From NCBI GenBank assembly GCA_043228905.1, contig JBHGNT010000022.1, positions 124,001 to 188,000 on the forward strand: a DNA stretch of 64,000 bases, in the 5' to 3' direction. Source of the stretch: Azolla caroliniana (taxonomy: Eukaryota; Plantae; Polypodiophyta). Positions 62,375 through 64,000 of the stretch are shown one piece after another. The notes below the pieces were generated by a model. That model did no database searches and was not told where the DNA came from. It worked only from the letters and a program-made list of their open reading frames with translations. The number at the start of each line of letters is the position of its first letter. The first letter of the stretch is position 1. A program made the position numbers and the translations under genes.

Positions 62375-63362
62375 AAGCCTTTCAGGGAATTAACCACAGG
62401 TTCCTTGTGGAGAATAGTGGTATTTCATAGCATGGACCAAGGATATTCTCTGGCTCAAGCATTGAGATCTCGTTGCCATGGTATAGAGAACATTGCTTGG
62501 TAAGGATTATACGTTGACTACTTCAATTTTTTGGATTTCAATTCTTTATACTTTATGTTGATTTAATGATTGATTTTGTGTCTCTGGTTACGTTTTTGTC
62601 ATTGACAGGATCAAAACCAATGTGAATAGAGGACCGTCATTTCAATTTGTCAATACAATTGAAAATATAACGGTTGGTTACTATGATGAAATAAAAAGGC
62701 AACGGATTAAAGAACATTCTAATGAGGTGGGAGGTTCAAATCTACTAGTGTACCAACAGTTACACATAAATTGCAACATGTCACGACGATAGAACGTGGA
62801 CTTGTCAACCCTTACCAGAAGCCTCAACATCTCATTATGCGCCTTATCGAAATGTTCTCTAACGAGGGAGATTGGATCTTGGATTTATTTTCTGGCACGG
62901 GTACATTTTTATATCTTTCTTGGCTTTGCTCTAGGAAACTAATAATGTAACTTATGGCAAAAGCAATCTTCCTTCTAATTTGGTAATAGGTACCATGTGC
63001 ATTGAAATTGTTTCGAAATACTCTTACATTGGAGAAGGATGAGGACACAGTGAGTTTCATTAACATGAGGATTAAAGCCTTCTGGGAATGCCCAAATCAA
63101 GACGAGGGAGGAGGTAGGTGCAAAGCATATCGAGGATACAAAATGTTTCCAAGTTGCCTCTTGTGAGCCTATTCCCCCATTAGCTGATGAACCTAAGGAG
63201 CTTATTGACCTTGACAATGAGCTTCTAGAGGACCCTACGATTGCCAGCCTATCTAGAGTGGATACTAATGCACAAAATTTCGAGGAGAATTCTCATAAGG
63301 AAGACGAGGAGAACGATGTAGATACCCTTATTGCCATGCAAAACAATGTAATCCATGTTTGA
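62375..63362 (+). pseudogene. Spliced beta-class DNA amino-methyltransferase (N4-C/N6-A, N6_N4_Mtase-like); 5'-truncated and frameshifted
   Basis: Exons about 62375-62499, 62609-62900 and 62990-63362, with GT-AG introns 62500-62608 and 62901-62989. Spliced translation: ...IENIA-W-IKTN...NTIENITVGY...VNPYQKPQHLIMRLIEMFSNEGDWILDLFSGT-G-T..CALKLFRNTLTLEKD...R, then an acidic tail. Confidence 0.82.
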
Positions 63363-63397
63363 ACTTTCTTTTAATATAACATTTTAAGCTTTTTTAA

Positions 63398-64000
63398 CCA
63401 AGTTTCATTCTTTTCATTGTGTGATACAATTTGATTATTTAAACATTTCAATGTTATATTCATACGCGAACATGTTATTAGTAGCAAACATGTTATCTTA
63501 TAGCCATGTGAAACATTACGTTGGGATGTTAATTAAAGTACATTGTAATCTAAGTTTCATTCTCTAAAATCTTTAACATTTTAATCTAATGTTCATTCTC
63601 ATTATTAAGTTTCATTCTTTTCATTGTTGAATATAATTTAATAATATTATATTGTCTCCGCATTTCAACCTACGCATTTTAATGTTCTAGTACGCAAACT
63701 TGTTACCTTTATAGCTATGACCGACATTACTTTGGAATGTTATGTTAACATGTAATGTATGTTTCATTTTTAATTGTTACTAACGTTTTCATCATTAACA
63801 TTTTAATCTATGTTTCATTCTCTTAAATCTAAGTTTCATTCTTTTCATTGTTTGATGCAATTTGATTATTGTCGCATTTAAATGTTATATTAGTACACGA
63901 ACGTTACATAATTTGGGATGTTATATTAACATTGCAATCTACAGTACTGGGATTATTGTCTACACTAATTTTATCATAGTTTGATTATTAACATTTGGGA
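63398..64000. repeat. AT-rich degenerate tandem repeat (unit roughly 200-230 bp)
   Basis: AAGTTTCATTCTTTTCATTGT recurs at about 63400, 63607 and 63831, with further partial copies. Confidence 0.65.

Overview
Heterochromatic nuclear DNA of a seed-free land plant (probably a moss; inferred from the retroelement types and the nad7 intron set). It contains no intact host gene. Nearly all of it is nested LTR retrotransposons that can be un-nested using LTR pairs, PBS/PPT and target-site duplications (TSDs). In the left nest, a Copia element contains Gypsy A (1-34440), which contains B (2103-29337), which contains C (4880-21676), which contains D (9441-18073), plus several solo LTRs. The right nest (about 40196-62373) is broken by a rearrangement near 42.4-43.0 kb. 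The oldest, AT-rich layer has two notable pseudogenes: a Sola1-like DDD transposase (36685-39900, -) and an intron-containing, bacterial-type beta-class N4-cytosine/N6-adenine DNA methyltransferase (62375-63362, +), which automated ORF calling misses. Other points of interest: the tRNA-Trp-primed Gypsy clade makes 4-bp TSDs nearly always centred on CpG; the same clade has a conserved GGAUUUUUAG -1 frameshift signal and hairpin between protease and RT; two unrelated LTR families carry tRNA-like Pol III A/B boxes; element B has a roughly 1000-codon extra coiled-coil ORF; there is a gag-only non-autonomous element; and a mitochondrial nad7 group II intron/exon NUMT sits inside a Copia integrase.
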